A DNA stretch of 64,000 bases, from positions 3,364,422-3,428,421 of the forward strand of contig NC_092678.1 of the NCBI RefSeq assembly GCF_964355755.1, in the 5' to 3' direction. Origin of the DNA: Antedon mediterranea (lineage: Eukaryota; Animalia; Echinodermata). The notes under the pieces were generated by a model. That model ran no database searches, was not told the DNA's origin, and saw only the letters and a list, made by a program, of their open reading frames with translations. Made by a program: the position numbers and the translations under genes. This document shows positions 1 to 14,400 of the stretch, one piece after another (within the stretch, counting starts at the first letter, position 1; the number at the start of each line of letters is the position of its first letter).

Positions 1-1
1 A

Positions 2-805
2 GAACTCTTTTCACCAGAGGTGACAAGACTTTTGCAAATCAGAACATGCTACTTTCAAAACATAGGAATTGCCTCTTACAAGTTTGATCTTTCACAAATA
101 CAATAACCTGATGATGCATTAACGTTTACAATGGTATATGGACACTTGTTAAATTTTGAAACGTCAAATAATCCAACATGGGAATCATTGTTCCAGAACT
201 ATGATCAGGTTAATAATTTCCACATTTCTCCCGAAGTAGGAGATGGATTCACACGATATGATCCTGAATTAATTAGTCAAATAGCCAAAATAGCATAATT
301 GAATGATATAAGGACATGGTAAAAGTTGACTTTAACTTACGAGGTACGGATGCCATTAAGAAAATGCTAAGTTTAGTAGAAGGCGCTGAAAAGGGATATG
401 CATTTGAGACTTTGATAGACAATAGTTGCAGGCTTATAGCCATAGGAGCAATAAAAAAGTACCTTCATGGTTGGATTAAAGTATGTCACAGGAAGCTTAC
501 TCTCTTTTGTGGAGGTGAGCCATAGTAAATATGAAGTTGATACTATCAGTAATGTGGTCACTTATGCACAGCAAAAACCAGATGCGATGATATGGATGTC
601 CTTTGTTAAAATGTTGAAGGTTTTGACTTCATGAATTAGAAAGCAAAGATAAAGAAGCACTCTGAAAAATGTCAGAAATCCAAAATTGAGGCCAAGCAGA
701 TTCTGACAGAAAAGAAACATCCTTTTGCTTTCATTGCCTTTCCAGCCAATCAGCTGCCTGTAGTGAGGAGTAGGCCACTAAAGCTAAGTTATCAAAGAAG
801 ATAAT
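2..805 (+). pseudogene. Decayed coding-like sequence of unknown identity, 5'-truncated by the window edge
   Basis: Long protein-like frames interrupted by isolated stops and frameshifts (ELFSPEVTRLLQIRTCYFQNIG...*PDDALTFTMVYGHLLNF...; then ORF 316..525 MVKVDFNLRG...). No family recognised. Confidence 0.3.
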
Positions 806-1449
806 GGGTTAAATGTACATGTGATAATTTTCTCTGAAATTTATACAGATTTTTTTTTTTTTGACCAAAAAAGGAAATGATGTGCAGCAGGAAATGATTG
901 TGGTATTATTTATATAATTAAAGCATTAATAGGGAAAACATCAACATTCACTAAAGTTGATGGTAAAATTAATTCTCCGTTTCTGTAATTGTATCTTTTA
1001 TATTTTATTAAATCGGCAAGAGCCGTATTATATAAACCCAATACTTTTTAATTACCTTTTACAGTTATATCTTTTTTTTTTTAATTTCATATGGTAATAT
1101 CGGCTAGTGATTTAATTTTAAACAGTACCAGGTAAAAATGAAAGAATATATTAATTGTGTTTGTAGCAATCCAAATTTCGGTAGTTGTAAAACAGACTTA
1201 TCCAAGATCAAGTATAACAAAAACGATTATCTAGTGTATGTTCTATATACAGGGCCACAGCGAGAGGTAAAAAATAAATTAAGCAAAGATGTTTTAAATA
1301 TATTTAGTAATATAAATTACACAAGCTGTGTGAAAATTCAAAACTCCAGACAAGCTACAGTAACTGCCTCATCTGCCTTGACATAAATTTGTAGAATTTG
1401 AAAAAAATGAGCACACTCTACTAGTGCAGTTGTACAGCGTTGTATCAGT

Positions 1450-4400
1450 CAGTGTTTCATCAAAACTTTGACCTTCAACCTCAACATCATTTTCAACATT
1501 TTTTGCAAGTTTCAGGTTGTGCCCCTAAAAGATAAAACACAAATTAAAATATTAGAGAGAACTAAACATATTAATATCAAAAAGTAGTTCATAATGTCAT
1601 TTTAGGTGTCAAATGTGGGAGCATGCCACACAAGTGACACTCTCTTGGATCCGCCCCCTGGAAGCTGCTTTGCTTAAATAATTATAATTTATTATGACTT
1701 TCCAATAATAATTTATGTAGATACTTTGCAAAAATATTTGTTCAATATTGTAATATCTTAAGTACCTCACTTAGTTCAGGAAAGTCGTCCTGTAAACAAA
1801 ATGGACACAGACCAGTATCATCTTTACACACTGGGTTGGCATTACCAAGTTCCCCACCATGTGGACATCGACAAGCAATTTGTATTACTTGGCCAAGCTG
1901 AATCCGGTTCTCAAGCCTTTGGTTTTCTTGTTTCAATGTCTGTCAAATTAAAACAGTAAATAAAATAAATATAAAATCATATTTAGCATAATAGGGTAGA
2001 AGTAGATATAATAATAATAATTTAGGTATTTGTATAGCACCAGATTCATCTAAACTGAAGTAAAAATCAAATGTGCTTATATTGGTTGTTAAAAAGATGC
2101 ATTTTAAGTTCTTTTTTTAAAAATAGCAATAGAAGTTGATTTAGTAAAATGGGGAGGGAAAATTATTTTATAGAGAATACATGCATTATGCATTAGGTAG
2201 GCATACCTTAATAATTGCGCCTGCTTTTCTTGGGCACAGTCCGCACACAAACTGTATCAATGACTGTGTGTGAGGATCAACCCATTATCAAGAAGCACAT
2301 TGACACAGATTTTTTGTCTTGGGCAGTTACCACCATCAATGTCACATCATTACAACTTTTACCTTCAACCTCAACATCATTTTCAACATTTTTTTGCAAG
2401 TTTCAGGTTGTGCCTCCTAAAAGATAAAACACAATAAAAATATTAAGTATTATTAAACGGGGGAGCACTAAACATATTAATATCAAAAAGTAGTTCATAA
2501 TGTCATTTTAGCCGTCAAAAGTGAGAGCATGCAACGCAAGTGCCACTCTCCTGGATCCGCCCCCTGGAAACATAATACAACGAAGCTGCTTTGTCATGCT
2601 TAAATAATTAATTATTTTTTTTATTATGAATTTCTAAGTCTGGTTAGGGAATACTACTTGACTTTATTATGTAAATAAAGTAAAGCAAAATAAGTAAATA
2701 CACAAATATTTGTTCAATATTGTAATATCTTAAGTACCTCACTTAGTTCAGGAAAGTCGTCCTTTAAAAAGAATGGACACAGACCAGTATCATCTTTACG
2801 CACTGGGTTGGCATTATCAAGTTCCTAGCCACATGGACGTCAACAAGCAATTTTTATTACTTGGCCAAGCTGAATCCGGTTCTCAAGCCTTTGGTTTTCT
2901 TGTTTTAATGTCTGTCAAAATAAAACAGTAAATAAAATAAATATAAAATCATATTTAGCATAATAGAGTAGGAGTAGATATAATTCAACAAATTAATTTA
3001 CAGAGAATACATGCATTATGCATTAGGTAGCCATACCTTAATAATTGCACCTGCTTTTCTTGGGCCCAGTTCGCACACAAACTGCATCAATGACTGTGAG
3101 GATGCTCAACAGTACGGTTTATATCCACTCCAACCTCGTTCACATGGTAAATAAATTGTGTTTATCACTAATTGCTTTTGTTGGAATGAATCCCATCAAC
3201 TCATTATCAAGACGCACATTGACACAGATTTCTTGTCTTGGGCAGTTACCACCATCAATGTCACATCATCACAACTTTTACCTTCAAACTCAACATCATT
3301 TTCAACATTTTGTGCAAGTTTCAGGTTGTGCCCCTAAAATATAAAACACAAATTAAAAATATTATTAAACGGGGGAGCACTAACATATTAATATCAACAA
3401 GTAGTTCATAATGTCATTTTAGCCGTCAAAAGTGAGAGCATGCCACCCAAGTGCCACTCTCCTGCATCCGCCTCCTGGAAGCTGCTTTGTCATGCTTAAA
3501 AAATTATTATAATTATATTTTTATTATGACTTTCCAAGTCTGGTTGGGGAATACTACTTGACACTCTTCATTGGACCATTACCTACTTTGTCAAAAAATA
3601 AAAATATGTAAGACTAAAAAAAGCTTTCAAAATGTACCTGAAAACCAAAGTTCCATCATTGACATAATAATAATACTCGGACTCGACATGTGAAATATAT
3701 TGGATCCATTACATACTTGAACGTAGTTATGTTGTCACGCGTAACCATCAAAGAACACTTGCATTTCAGCATTGAAGGCTTTATCTTCATCACAACTGGT
3801 TGGACAATTTCTAGTAGGTAGGTAGCTGTGACGTCTTCTACAACTACATTTTGTTCCATCATGCAATTCTGCAATTTAAAACATTGTAATATCAAAATCA
3901 TTATCTTAAATGCATCTCAAGCTGTCTCCGGTTCTCAAGCCTTTGGTTTTCTTACGTCGTAATGTAGGCATACCTTAATAATTATGTCTGCTTTTCTTCG
4001 GCCCAGTCCGCACACAAACTGCATCAATATATCCACTCCAACTTCGTTCACACAGTAAATAAATTGTGTTTATCACAAATTGCTTTTGTTGGAATGAATC
4101 CCATAAACCCATTATCAAGACGCACATTGACACAGATTTCGTCCTATGGAGATAGCTTGACACAGTCGGAGAGTGTTTTGCCGGAATTCACTCTATAGTC
4201 GACGAACAATTTGTTTTACTTGCCCTACCACCAATTTTCCTGCAATAATATAATTACATTCTTTATTCAAATTTCTTCAGTTTCCAGGTAAATAGAGGAT
4301 GATTAACAACACATTTTTCACTGTAGCTTACCAATATAAAATTAGCCAGTGTTTCTTTCGTCAACATCTGGAATCGCTCTTCGGAGGTCACTATTTGGAA

Positions 4401-5905
4401 TAAAGATCTCAAATCCTTGCATCGATTGGTTAATTCTGCACGGATATTGTACAAAGTAATTGTTTTGTTTCCATAGTACTAGTAAACAAAAAAAATTAAA
4501 TATTTATGACATATTCATATAAAATGGTAGAAAGAATAACTTGATAGTAGTCAAGTTTCTATCCATGTACTCTAAGTGCTACAAAGGCTAGACTACAACT
4601 GTAGCTTCTCAAGAATCTCATTCAAAGCATCTGCAGGACTAGCGTCCACAGCTGACTGTAATACTCAAAATCATCCACTGCCATCTTACAAATGTTTTGG
4701 GTGTACATGTGTATGGTCAAGCACATCCCCTGATTAACCGATATAAAAGTAACTATGTTGAATGTTTACCTTTCACCTATCTTTGCTGTATCAATCTTGA
4801 TAAAACCAGCACAATTTATGAATACTTTGGGACCCAAACTGCAAGTTGTCACAAGCTGTGTCCGGTTCTCAAGCCTTTGGTGTTCTTGTTTCAATGTCTG
4901 TAAATTAAAACAATAAATAAAATAAATATAAAATCATATTTAGCATAATAGGGTAGGAGTAGATATAATTCAACAAATTATTTTATAGAGAAATGCATTC
5001 TGCATTAGGTAGGCATACCTTAATAATTGCTCCTGCTTTTCTTGGGTCTAGTCCACGCACAAACTGTATCAATGACTCATTATCAAGACGCACTTTTACA
5101 CAGATTTGTCTTGGGCAGTTACCACTGTACTTCGTGCTATAGAGATAGCTTGATGCAGCTGTTGATGGTATTGCTGGAATTCACTCTGTAATCAAAAATA
5201 ATACTAAAGTAATGCTTAACTTATTACTCGATAGCAACAACAATTACAATAATCCAGTAGCTGTATTCACCAATCATACTTATTATTAACAATTAACAAA
5301 AAGTAAAGTTTATTTTTTTAAGCAACATTTTTATCATTTCACAGTACATCACAACAGATACTCATTGTAGGAAAGTGGTACCATGTGGAAATAGTTATCT
5401 TATAATGACAAAAAAAAATGTTTACAGTACCTCTGCAATATTTGATGTCTGAAAAATCATAGCAACATTATCCTCAATAAAGGCATTATCTGCTGCTTGG
5501 TTTCCAGTTCATCGATACATTTCTGAATGTCCAGGATTGACCTTCTAAAACACCAAGAAAAAAATATTACTAATATTATTATTCAACTATGTTAATACTG
5601 GACAGTTTGATGTCTGCTGTTCCAGAAATGTCTTGTGTTCTGTATTGGGGGAGTGGACTGTGAATAGACATCAGCAACTGCTTTAACAATTATTTGTAGG
5701 TCTATTATACAAAGCAATATAGACTAAATACTTGTTTGTCTACAAAATAGATGTTTGAACTAACCTGGACTCTGCCATAACACCACATGAGGATTTTTAC
5801 TTCACAAGGAGTTTTCAATATCCACGTCCTTTAACTCTTTGTCTTATTTCAAATGACTTTGGTACTTTTGAGAAAGTTTGGCAGATAAACTTCTCTTTTG
5901 CCATC
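1450..5905 (-). pseudogene. SUPT6H: Scrambled, partly triplicated unprocessed pseudogene fragments of transcription elongation factor SPT6 (YqgF/HhH/S1 region)
   Basis: Minus-strand translations match SPT6 motifs: YGNKTITLYNIRAELTNRCKDLR...FQMLTKET (4330-4475); [36 protein letters not shown] (4790-4900); ANPVCKDDTGLCPFCLQDDFPELSE (1765-1845 and 2735-2815); NEVGVDINR..LMQFVCELGPRKAGAIIK (3040-3145); [19 protein letters not shown] (4070-4125); IEDNVAMIFQTSNIAE (5431-5480). GT/AG splice sites are retained, there are many stops, and the fragments are out of native order. Confidence 0.85.
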
Positions 5906-6520
5906 CATTTTTTTAACACACAAACTTTTTAGTAACTTCAAAAACTTTTTTACAGAAATCTTTTTAAAACAATTTTTTTTGTATTTTATTTTTTGTATTT
6001 TTTTTGTATTTTTTTTTTTTAAACTGCACAGAAACTGTGAAAAGTTGAAAATACCAATTTTTTTGTATTTTATTTTTTAAATTTTTTTTGTATTTTTTTT
6101 TTTTTTTTTACGGCCTGAGATGCGCGGATAGGAATGGTTTCATCCTAGGTCGAAATGCACCCAATAATCTACACTACAAAACTATGCCCAAATCATATAC
6201 ACAACAAGAAAGTAAAATAATAACACAAGGAATAAAAAAGCAATGAAAATAAACAGAAGAATGACAAAAATAGAAATTAAACAAAAAGATAAAAAAGAAA
6301 AACATGCCTGTGGCCAGGTTAAATACCAGATATCTTTGTATTTTGTTTGGTATTTTTTTTTTGTATTTTATTTTTTAAACTGCCCAGAAACTTAGTTCTC
6401 AAAAGCGAAAATACCTTCTAGAAATTCTTTTTCAAAATAATTTTTTTTGTATTTTATTTTTTGTATTTTTTTTCCCATGAGAACCAGAAAAAAGTAGATT
6501 CGATTGACATGTTGTCTTGG

Positions 6521-6853
6521 CATTTTCTTGTCTGCATTGATTACAGAGAGTGTTTTATCTCTGTCCATGATATACTTGATGCAGACACGGCATTATCTTG
6601 TCTGCATTGATTACAGAGAGTGTTTTATCTCTGTCCATGATATACTTGATGCAGACACGGCATTATCTTGTCTGCATTGATTACAGAGAGTGTTTTATCT
6701 CTGTCCATGATATACTTGATGCAGACACGGCATTATCTTGTCTGCATTGATTACAGAGAGTGTTTTATCTCTGTCCATGATATACTTGATGCAGACACGG
6801 CATTATCTTGTCTGCATTGATTACAGAGAGTGTTTTACCTCTGTCCATGATAT
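6521..6853. repeat. 70-bp tandem repeat, ~4.8 near-identical copies
   Basis: Unit cattatcttgtctgcattgattacagagagtgttttatctctgtccatgatatacttgatgcagacacgg starts at 6521, 6591, 6661, 6731 and 6801. Confidence 0.95.
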
Positions 6854-7213
6854 AAACATTAGTAAATACAAAGCATGGTGGCCACAGGAAGTAAAATAAA
6901 AGAAGTAAAGAAGATAAAAGGAAGAAAAATAAAAAGCAATGAAGAGAAAGAAAAAGTTCAGGCAACGGCATGAAGAGGCACAGAGTGGGGCTAGCAGGAC
7001 ACAGATAGCCGGGCATTCAATCCATCCGAATCATCAGTGGGTATGTGTACGAACAAGATCAGATGTTAAATGGGAAGAAAGTCGTCAGCTACCAATATTC
7101 ACCAATAAATAATAATAAATGAAAATAATAAATAAAAATAAAACAATAAATTAAAAAAATATTAAATAAAATAAAATAAATATTAAATTAAATATAAAAA
7201 AAATAAATAATAA

Positions 7214-8431
7214 ACTAGATTTGAACTCGTCACTACGGACGAGTTAGGTTATCCGCAGCGCAAAAGCCACGTGCACGTCATACGTTAGAATATTGAGCGC
7301 AAAAAAAAAAACGATTATGGCATTGAAAAATGTTAGTGCGCTCTCTATTTTGCGTCGCGTCTAAGTATATACGGTATAACACTATATACTGTATACGTAC
7401 TACATACAGTGCAGAATAGGTGAAAATAAGTGACCAAAGTTATTGACGCATTTGAACATGATGACGTCATCACAATTTTTAAAATGGTGGATCATGTGAA
7501 AGATAATTGATTGATCTAGACAATATAAAAAAATTGAGTGAAATGGAATAAGGATAAGTAGAGATGCGCTCTATTTAAATTGACGAGCTATGACGAAAGA
7601 GAAAAAAATCCTATATTTTATATTCGGGTGGCCATACGATGACGTCACAATGTCCGGTTAGCCATATCAATGCATGATTCGAGAAAAACAACTCATCTAC
7701 TTCCAGAATATGTAATTTTAAAAAAGTTCACCACGTAGTTTAGAATGTATGACTGTTTAAAAAAAGGTCTAATTTTGACGATTTTTTGAAGTTTTTCATC
7801 AAAAATGCGCGCAAATTGTTCAATTCTACGTGCTCGTATGACGTGATATTAAGTCGAAATTGTATAAAAATTGGTAAAATTACTAGAAAAGGCTGAAAAA
7901 ACAAAAATCAAGCAAAAAAAGGATGTTTTTGCTATAAGTGCGCACGTGCGCGTAAAAAAATTGCGCACGCGTGGGAATTTTTGAAATGCTCAAAATGACA
8001 TGAAACGCGTAGAAAGTTGATTAGAAATTGATTTTTCGCATTTTGAAATTTTAAACGCGCGTGCACGCGTAACTTTTTGTCAAACATGCCATTTTTAATC
8101 CATAGAAAGTTTGCGCTTGATATGACTTAAATTTTCACCAAGTTTCATTACAAAATGACTTTTGATTTCTAAGCTATGATCAATCATTGAAATTCATAAA
8201 ATCGCGCGTAACTTACGCTGCGCGACTCTAAAGTTAAAAAACGAAACGTCCTGCACATCTACATCTAGAGGTCAATCTTATGACAAAGTTACACAATCTT
8301 ATATTGGCCAGAATTAGAGATACGCTGCGAACAAAATTCCGGGAAAGAAAGAAGAATAAGATAGAAAAAAAAAAAGAAAAAAAAAGATCCTGACAATAAC
8401 AAGGGGTTATCCGCCAAGTGCGGATAACCAA
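7214..8431 (-). mobile_element. Non-autonomous Helentron/Helitron2-type element (HINE/DINE-1-like)
   Basis: On the minus strand: a 5' hairpin GGTTATCCGC-n5-GCGGATAACC (8405-8429), the matching subterminal IR at 7247-7256, a 3' stem-loop AACTCGTC/GACGAGTT (7224-7245) and a terminal CTAG (7215-7218). Inserted in an A/T tract with no TSD. Confidence 0.75.
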
Positions 8432-10439
8432 AAAATTAATATAAATAAATAAAAATAATATAAATAAATTATAACAAACAATAATAATAAAAATAATTTT
8501 AAAAAGATGCACAAAATTTGGCCTACGGAAAATGAAAAGTAAATGAGCGGAAAATTAACCCACAGATGATTTTGTTATTTGTTTGTATAAGTAAATTACT
8601 TAGGCTATACTCCATAACCAGATAGGGGTTTCTTATTATTTGATAATTAACTTAGGCTATTCCATTAAACCAGATAGGGGTTTCTTAATAATCAACTTAG
8701 GCTACTCTCGTAAACCAGATGTTATTTTATATCTTATCTATTTTTTTTTTTTTGACATTGCATTTTCAGTAACTGCAGATCCTAAATATTGATTAGCAGC
8801 CAGAAGCTGGTAAGCAATAAATAATGGTGATGGAGATTTTAATTATTGAGAAATAAATATTGATTAGCAGCCATATTTTAGCATCTTGTTTCGAGACATT
8901 CAATTCTCTCAAGAGACAAGAGTAATTTGGCCTAAATGACGTATACCAAGACAAAGTATTTAGAGCAGATATGAAAGGAAACAACTGTAAGATGCAGTTC
9001 CCACCTTGAAATGATTTAAAGAGAAGATTTTGAATTTCAAGAATCGGTATAGTGTGAGCTACACAATATTGAGACAGGTGATGCACTTACAAAAAAGAAC
9101 AAGAACAGTAGGCCTAATACAATATTAACTGGAGTAATTTATAAAACACCAATTATGCAAAATGTATAGACCTACAGAAAGTTGGTAAGCAAGAAATAAT
9201 GGTGAGGGGAGATTTTAATTATTGAGAAATAAACAGGAGTAAAGAAATAACAAGGCCGTAGCGAGAAGTAAAAAACAGATAAGGCAAAGATGCATTCTAA
9301 ATATTGATCTATATTAATATGAGGTAAAGATGCTTTAAATATAATTATTGTTATAAAATACGACAATCTGTGCTGGGAAATTGGGGTGGGTGGTGAAAGT
9401 TGAACATTTCAGACTGGCTACGGCCCTGAATACCTCATCTGGATTACTGACACAAGCCTGCAATCCAACGTAGAACAACAACAATTATATTAGAGATTAA
9501 AGAAAATTCATATGAAACAAGAATAAAAAAACTAAACTTACTGACACTAGAAGATATTAGAAAAAAGCTGACCTTATTCAAGTATTTAAAATGAATAGAG
9601 AAATTTTTGGGAATTTCATGTTCAGCCAACGTGTTATTGAAAATTACTAAGGGCGGAACGCAACTCTATCTAGAGATGGTAGGAGCGGCAAGTTCATCAA
9701 CAAAGGATGGACAGTACAAATGTACGGCTCCGAGAAAAGGAATAGGTCAAGTGCAATCAATTTTTGTTTGCACTCTATATGCAAGAGAAGGGATGTGTTC
9801 AAGTCACTGGGTTGTCAAGGTTGAAACCTTACCTATGGCCCTAAGAAAATAAACATGGACCAGTGGATATGATGAGCACTTTAAACCATAAATTAAACAA
9901 TATTTTGTAATAAATATTTGTTATACTTTTTCAATGTTGTTGCACCATACTGATATGAAAAATCAATGGGCAGTTTATGAATTTTCTACACCTGTCAATT
10001 TCAATACATGGCTGGGGAGGTCTACTATCAACAAAATACAGGACAGAAGTGTTTTCCATACAGAAATAGGATTTATAAAAGGCTCTTTTTAAAACAACTT
10101 TAGTTGCATACATAAAGGTATAAACTAAATAAACTGCTGTTGCCAATATAAGGAAATGGTTCCTTTTATAGCAAATGCTATCATAGGAACTGGTTATGAG
10201 AAGCTTTCTTATGTTATGTATTAGAAAAATACACGCTTGGATTGAAAACTTTGTTTCAAAAAATAAATGCGATATCATTGTTGTTAAAATTTCAAATTGA
10301 CCCCACAATTCACCATTACTAATGGTATTATAGATCTCGTTGCGTGTTTGAAGAAATGCCAAGATCGTTTGAGGATTGTATGAGATGCTTTTAAAATTTA
10401 ACCATCCATTTACTTGTGTTCAGTGTTTTTCACAGACGG

Positions 10440-11030
10440 TTTTTATTCTTTATGCTCTCTGCGTGTAACATTTAGAAGCCTTTGGTTTTCTTGGTTTTTC
10501 CCATTCCATTTCCTCTAACTGGTACATTGTAGTTTCCGGTACAGCTATTTTGTGAACTGGTCAACAAATGATTTCTATCATTACCAATTAGTTTGTATTT
10601 CTTCTTTGTCCCATCAACCAGAATAGTCTGGTTTTCAGGTGTTTTTTTTTATGCTCTCTCTCAACATTCAAAAGCATACAGTTTTCTTGTGAAAGTATTC
10701 CATTTCCTCTAACTGGTACATTGTAGTTTCCGGTACAGCTATTTTGTGAACTGATCAACAATGATTTCTCTCAATACCAATTAGTTCATCCAACAATGAT
10801 TTCTGCCAATACCAATTAGTTCGTATTTCTTCTTTGTCCCATCAACCAGAGTTGTTAATTTACACATATTCTGGTTTTCATGTTTTTTCTTTTTTATCCT
10901 CTGCGTGCAACATTTAAAAATATTTGGTTTTCCTGTGAAACCATTCCATTTCCTCTAACTGGTACGTTGTAGTGTTCGGTACAGCTATTTTGTGAACTGG
11001 CCAACAATGTTACCAAACCATATTCTGGTT
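10440..11030. repeat. Three degenerate tandem copies of a ~200-250 bp unit
   Basis: The core ttccatttcctctaactggtac..ggtacagctattttgtgaactg recurs at ~10504, ~10698 and ~10944. Confidence 0.85.
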
Positions 11031-11429
11031 GTTGTTCTTTATGATGATTCAAACTGATTGGATGTGGATATATATAACATAGGCTACTTTGCCTCCTGAT
11101 CAGTAATAGGAAACAACTCATTTATACTATACTTAAATTCCTGTATAGTAAGGTGCAGTCTAAATATCCCTGGTTGCCAATATGTCATTTAAAAAACACA
11201 AGGGCATTGAAGAATGTACAGTATCTTGTCATAAATTATTTCAATTTTCCATAATATGTACTAAATAAATGGTAGTTAAATTTCTTTCTCCTTGTACAAA
11301 TCTCAAAAGATATAAGACAATTAACAAATAGTAAATTTAAATTTAATTTTTTACCAAATGGTGAACTGCAGAGTCTGTTTAATTTTGGAATTCTTTTGGA
11401 AAACAAAACGAAGTTTAAAACCCTAATGT

Positions 11430-14400
11430 TAACTATGCCCAATTATATTGCATAATGGCAATACATAAACACTATACAAGCTAGGTCTTACTGCTTGTAA
11501 AAAAAGGAACAAGATTATTTTTCTGCATATAACAGCACTATATACAACAATCTACAATCAATGTTTGATGGCAATTGAAAATGAAGAGACACAGTATACC
11601 TAATATTGGTACAAGTGTATTTAAGCAAGAAGCTTATAGCATAAAAATGGAAATGAAAAAAGGATGTAGATGCAAAGCTCTTAGAGCATGCAAAAGTGGT
11701 TATTAGCGTTCTAGGTAATAGGACTACAAAAGGAGTGATGTTTGGGCACAGGGGAAACAATATATCAATATTTTGTCTTATACCAAGTAAAGGTTTAAGA
11801 ATCTTTAAAGGTTAGGTAAAGACATATAGCATTGAAATAATCAAGGTGTAGATGCAAGAGGGTAGTGTGCAAAGCTCTTAAAACATGCAGAATGGTTGCT
11901 TTTTTAAAAAGTGATGTTTTGGTACAGGTGATAACAATATCACCATTATGTCTTGTACCAAGTAAAGGTTTAAGAACAGTATGGATTTTTGTTTAGTCAA
12001 CAACATTGAAATAATCAAGGTAAATAATAATTTCTGGTCATGTCAACAGAGCAGTGACTAAACCATAAGGAAAGGATGAGATCATTACACTGAATGTTCA
12101 AAAGGATGCAGGGATATAGTTGAAAATAAAAGGATACAACTCATCCACATAATTGGCCATTTTGAAAATGCAAATGGCTTTGATGAAGATATTTTTTAAA
12201 GATGACTATTGGGTTATCAATTAGAACTATGCCCGATTATATTGCTTAAATGCAATTCATAAACACTATACAAGCTAGGCCTTACGGGTTGTAAGAAAAG
12301 GAAAAGTGCTTTCAAAAAAATATTGTTTTTAAGAGCTAGTGCTGCATATAAGAGCACTATACAACAATCTATGATCAATGGTCGATGACAATAAAAAGGA
12401 AGGAAAAAGAGACTCAGTATACCTAAGATTGGTACAAATGTATTTAAGCAAGAAGCTTAGGCCTATAGCACCAAGAATGGGAATGGGAAAAAGATGTAGA
12501 ATCAAGAGGCTAGTATGCTTCCAGGCTGATAGCCTTCTGAATGCTCTATCAGCCTGGAAGCAGCAAAGCAGGTTTTAAAAAAAGATTGTTTTTAAGACCT
12601 AGTGCTGCATATAACAGACAACAATCTACAATCAATGGTTGATGCGATTGAAAAGTAAGAGACACAGTACACCTAATATTGGTACAAGTGTATTTAAGCA
12701 AGAAGCTTATAGCATAAAAAAAAATGAGAAAAAGATGTAGATGCAAGGCTCTTAGAGCATGCAAAAGTGGTTATTAGCGTTCTAGGTAATAGGACTACAA
12801 AAGGAGTGACGTTTGGGCACAGGGGAAACTATATATCACTATTTTGTCTTATACCAAGTAAAGGTTTAAGAATCTTTAAAGGTTAGGTAAAGACATATAA
12901 CATTGAAATAATCAAGGTGTAGATGCAAGAGGGTAGTGTGCAAAGCTATTAAAACATGCAGAATGGTTGATTTTTTAAAAAGTGATGTTTTGGTACAGGT
13001 GAAACAATATCACCATTATGTCTTATACCAAGTAAAGGTTTAAGAATCTTTAAAGGTTAGGTAAAGACATATAACATTGAAATAATCAAGGTGTAGATGC
13101 AAGAGGGTAGTGTGCAAAGCTCTTAAAACATGCAGAATGGTTGCTTTTTGAAAAAGTGATGTTTTGGTACAGGTGATAACAATATCACCATTATGTCTTA
13201 TACCAAGTAAAGGTTTAAGAACAGTATGGATTTTTGTTTAGTCAACAACATTGAAATAATCAAGGTAAGTAATAATTTCTGGTCATGTCAACAGAGCAGT
13301 GACTAAACCATAAGGAAAGGATGAGATCATTACACTGAATGTTCAAAAGGATGCAGGGATATAGTTGAAAATAAAAGGATACAACTCATCCACAGAATTG
13401 GCCATTTTGAAAATGTAAATGGCTTTGATGAAGATAGTTTTTAAAGATAACTATCGGGTTATCAATTAGAACTATGCCCGATTATATTGCATAAAGGAAA
13501 TTCATAAACACTATACAAGCTAGGCCTTATGGGTTGTAAGAAAAGGAATAGTGCTTTCAAAAAAATATTGTTTTTAAGAGCTAGTGCTGCATATAACAGC
13601 ACTATACAACAATCTATGAACAATGGTCAATGACAATTAAAAAGGAAGGAAAAAGAGACGCAGTATAACTAAGATTGGTACAAATGTATTTAAGCAAGAA
13701 GCTTATAGCACCAAGAATGGGAATTGGAAAAAGATGTAGAATCAAGAGGCTAGTATGCTTCCAGGCTGATAGCCTTCTGAATGCTTTGTTTGCCTGGAAG
13801 CAGCAAAGCAGGTTTTAAAAAAAGATTGTTTTTAAGACCTAGTGCTGCATATAACAGCACTATGCAACAATCTACAATCAATGGTTGATGCGATTGAAAC
13901 GGAAGAACCACAGTATACCTAATATTGGTACAACTAGTGTATTTAAGCAAGAAGCTTATAGCATAAAAAAAAATGAGAAAAAGATGTAGATGCAAAGCTC
14001 TTAGAGCATGCAAAAGTGGTTATTAGCGTTCTAGGTAATAGGACTACAAAAGGAGTGATGTTTGGGCACAGGGGAAACTATATCACCATTATGTCTTATA
14101 CCAAGTAAAGGTTTAAGAACAGTATGGATTTTTGTTTAGTCAACAACATTGAAATAATCAAGGTAAATAAAAATTTCTGGTCATGTCAACAGAGCAGTGA
14201 CTAAACCATAAGGAAAGGACGAGATCATTACACTGAATGTTCAAAAGGATGCAGGGATATAGTTGAAAATAAAGGGATACAAGTCATCCACAGAATTGGC
14301 CATTTTGAAAATGTACATGGCTTTGATAAAGATATTTTTGATGGAGATATTTTTTAAAAGATAACTATCGGGTTTCAATTAGAACTATGCCTGATTATAT

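Noticed and set aside
6521-6853. CRISPR-like array
   Set aside because: Whole units are identical with no unique spacers, there are no cas genes, and the context is eukaryotic.
9607-10362. ORFs 9607..9852 (GQYKCTA, Ig-like?) and 9931..10362
   Set aside because: A single short motif, non-ATG starts, and no supporting exon chain or recognisable family.
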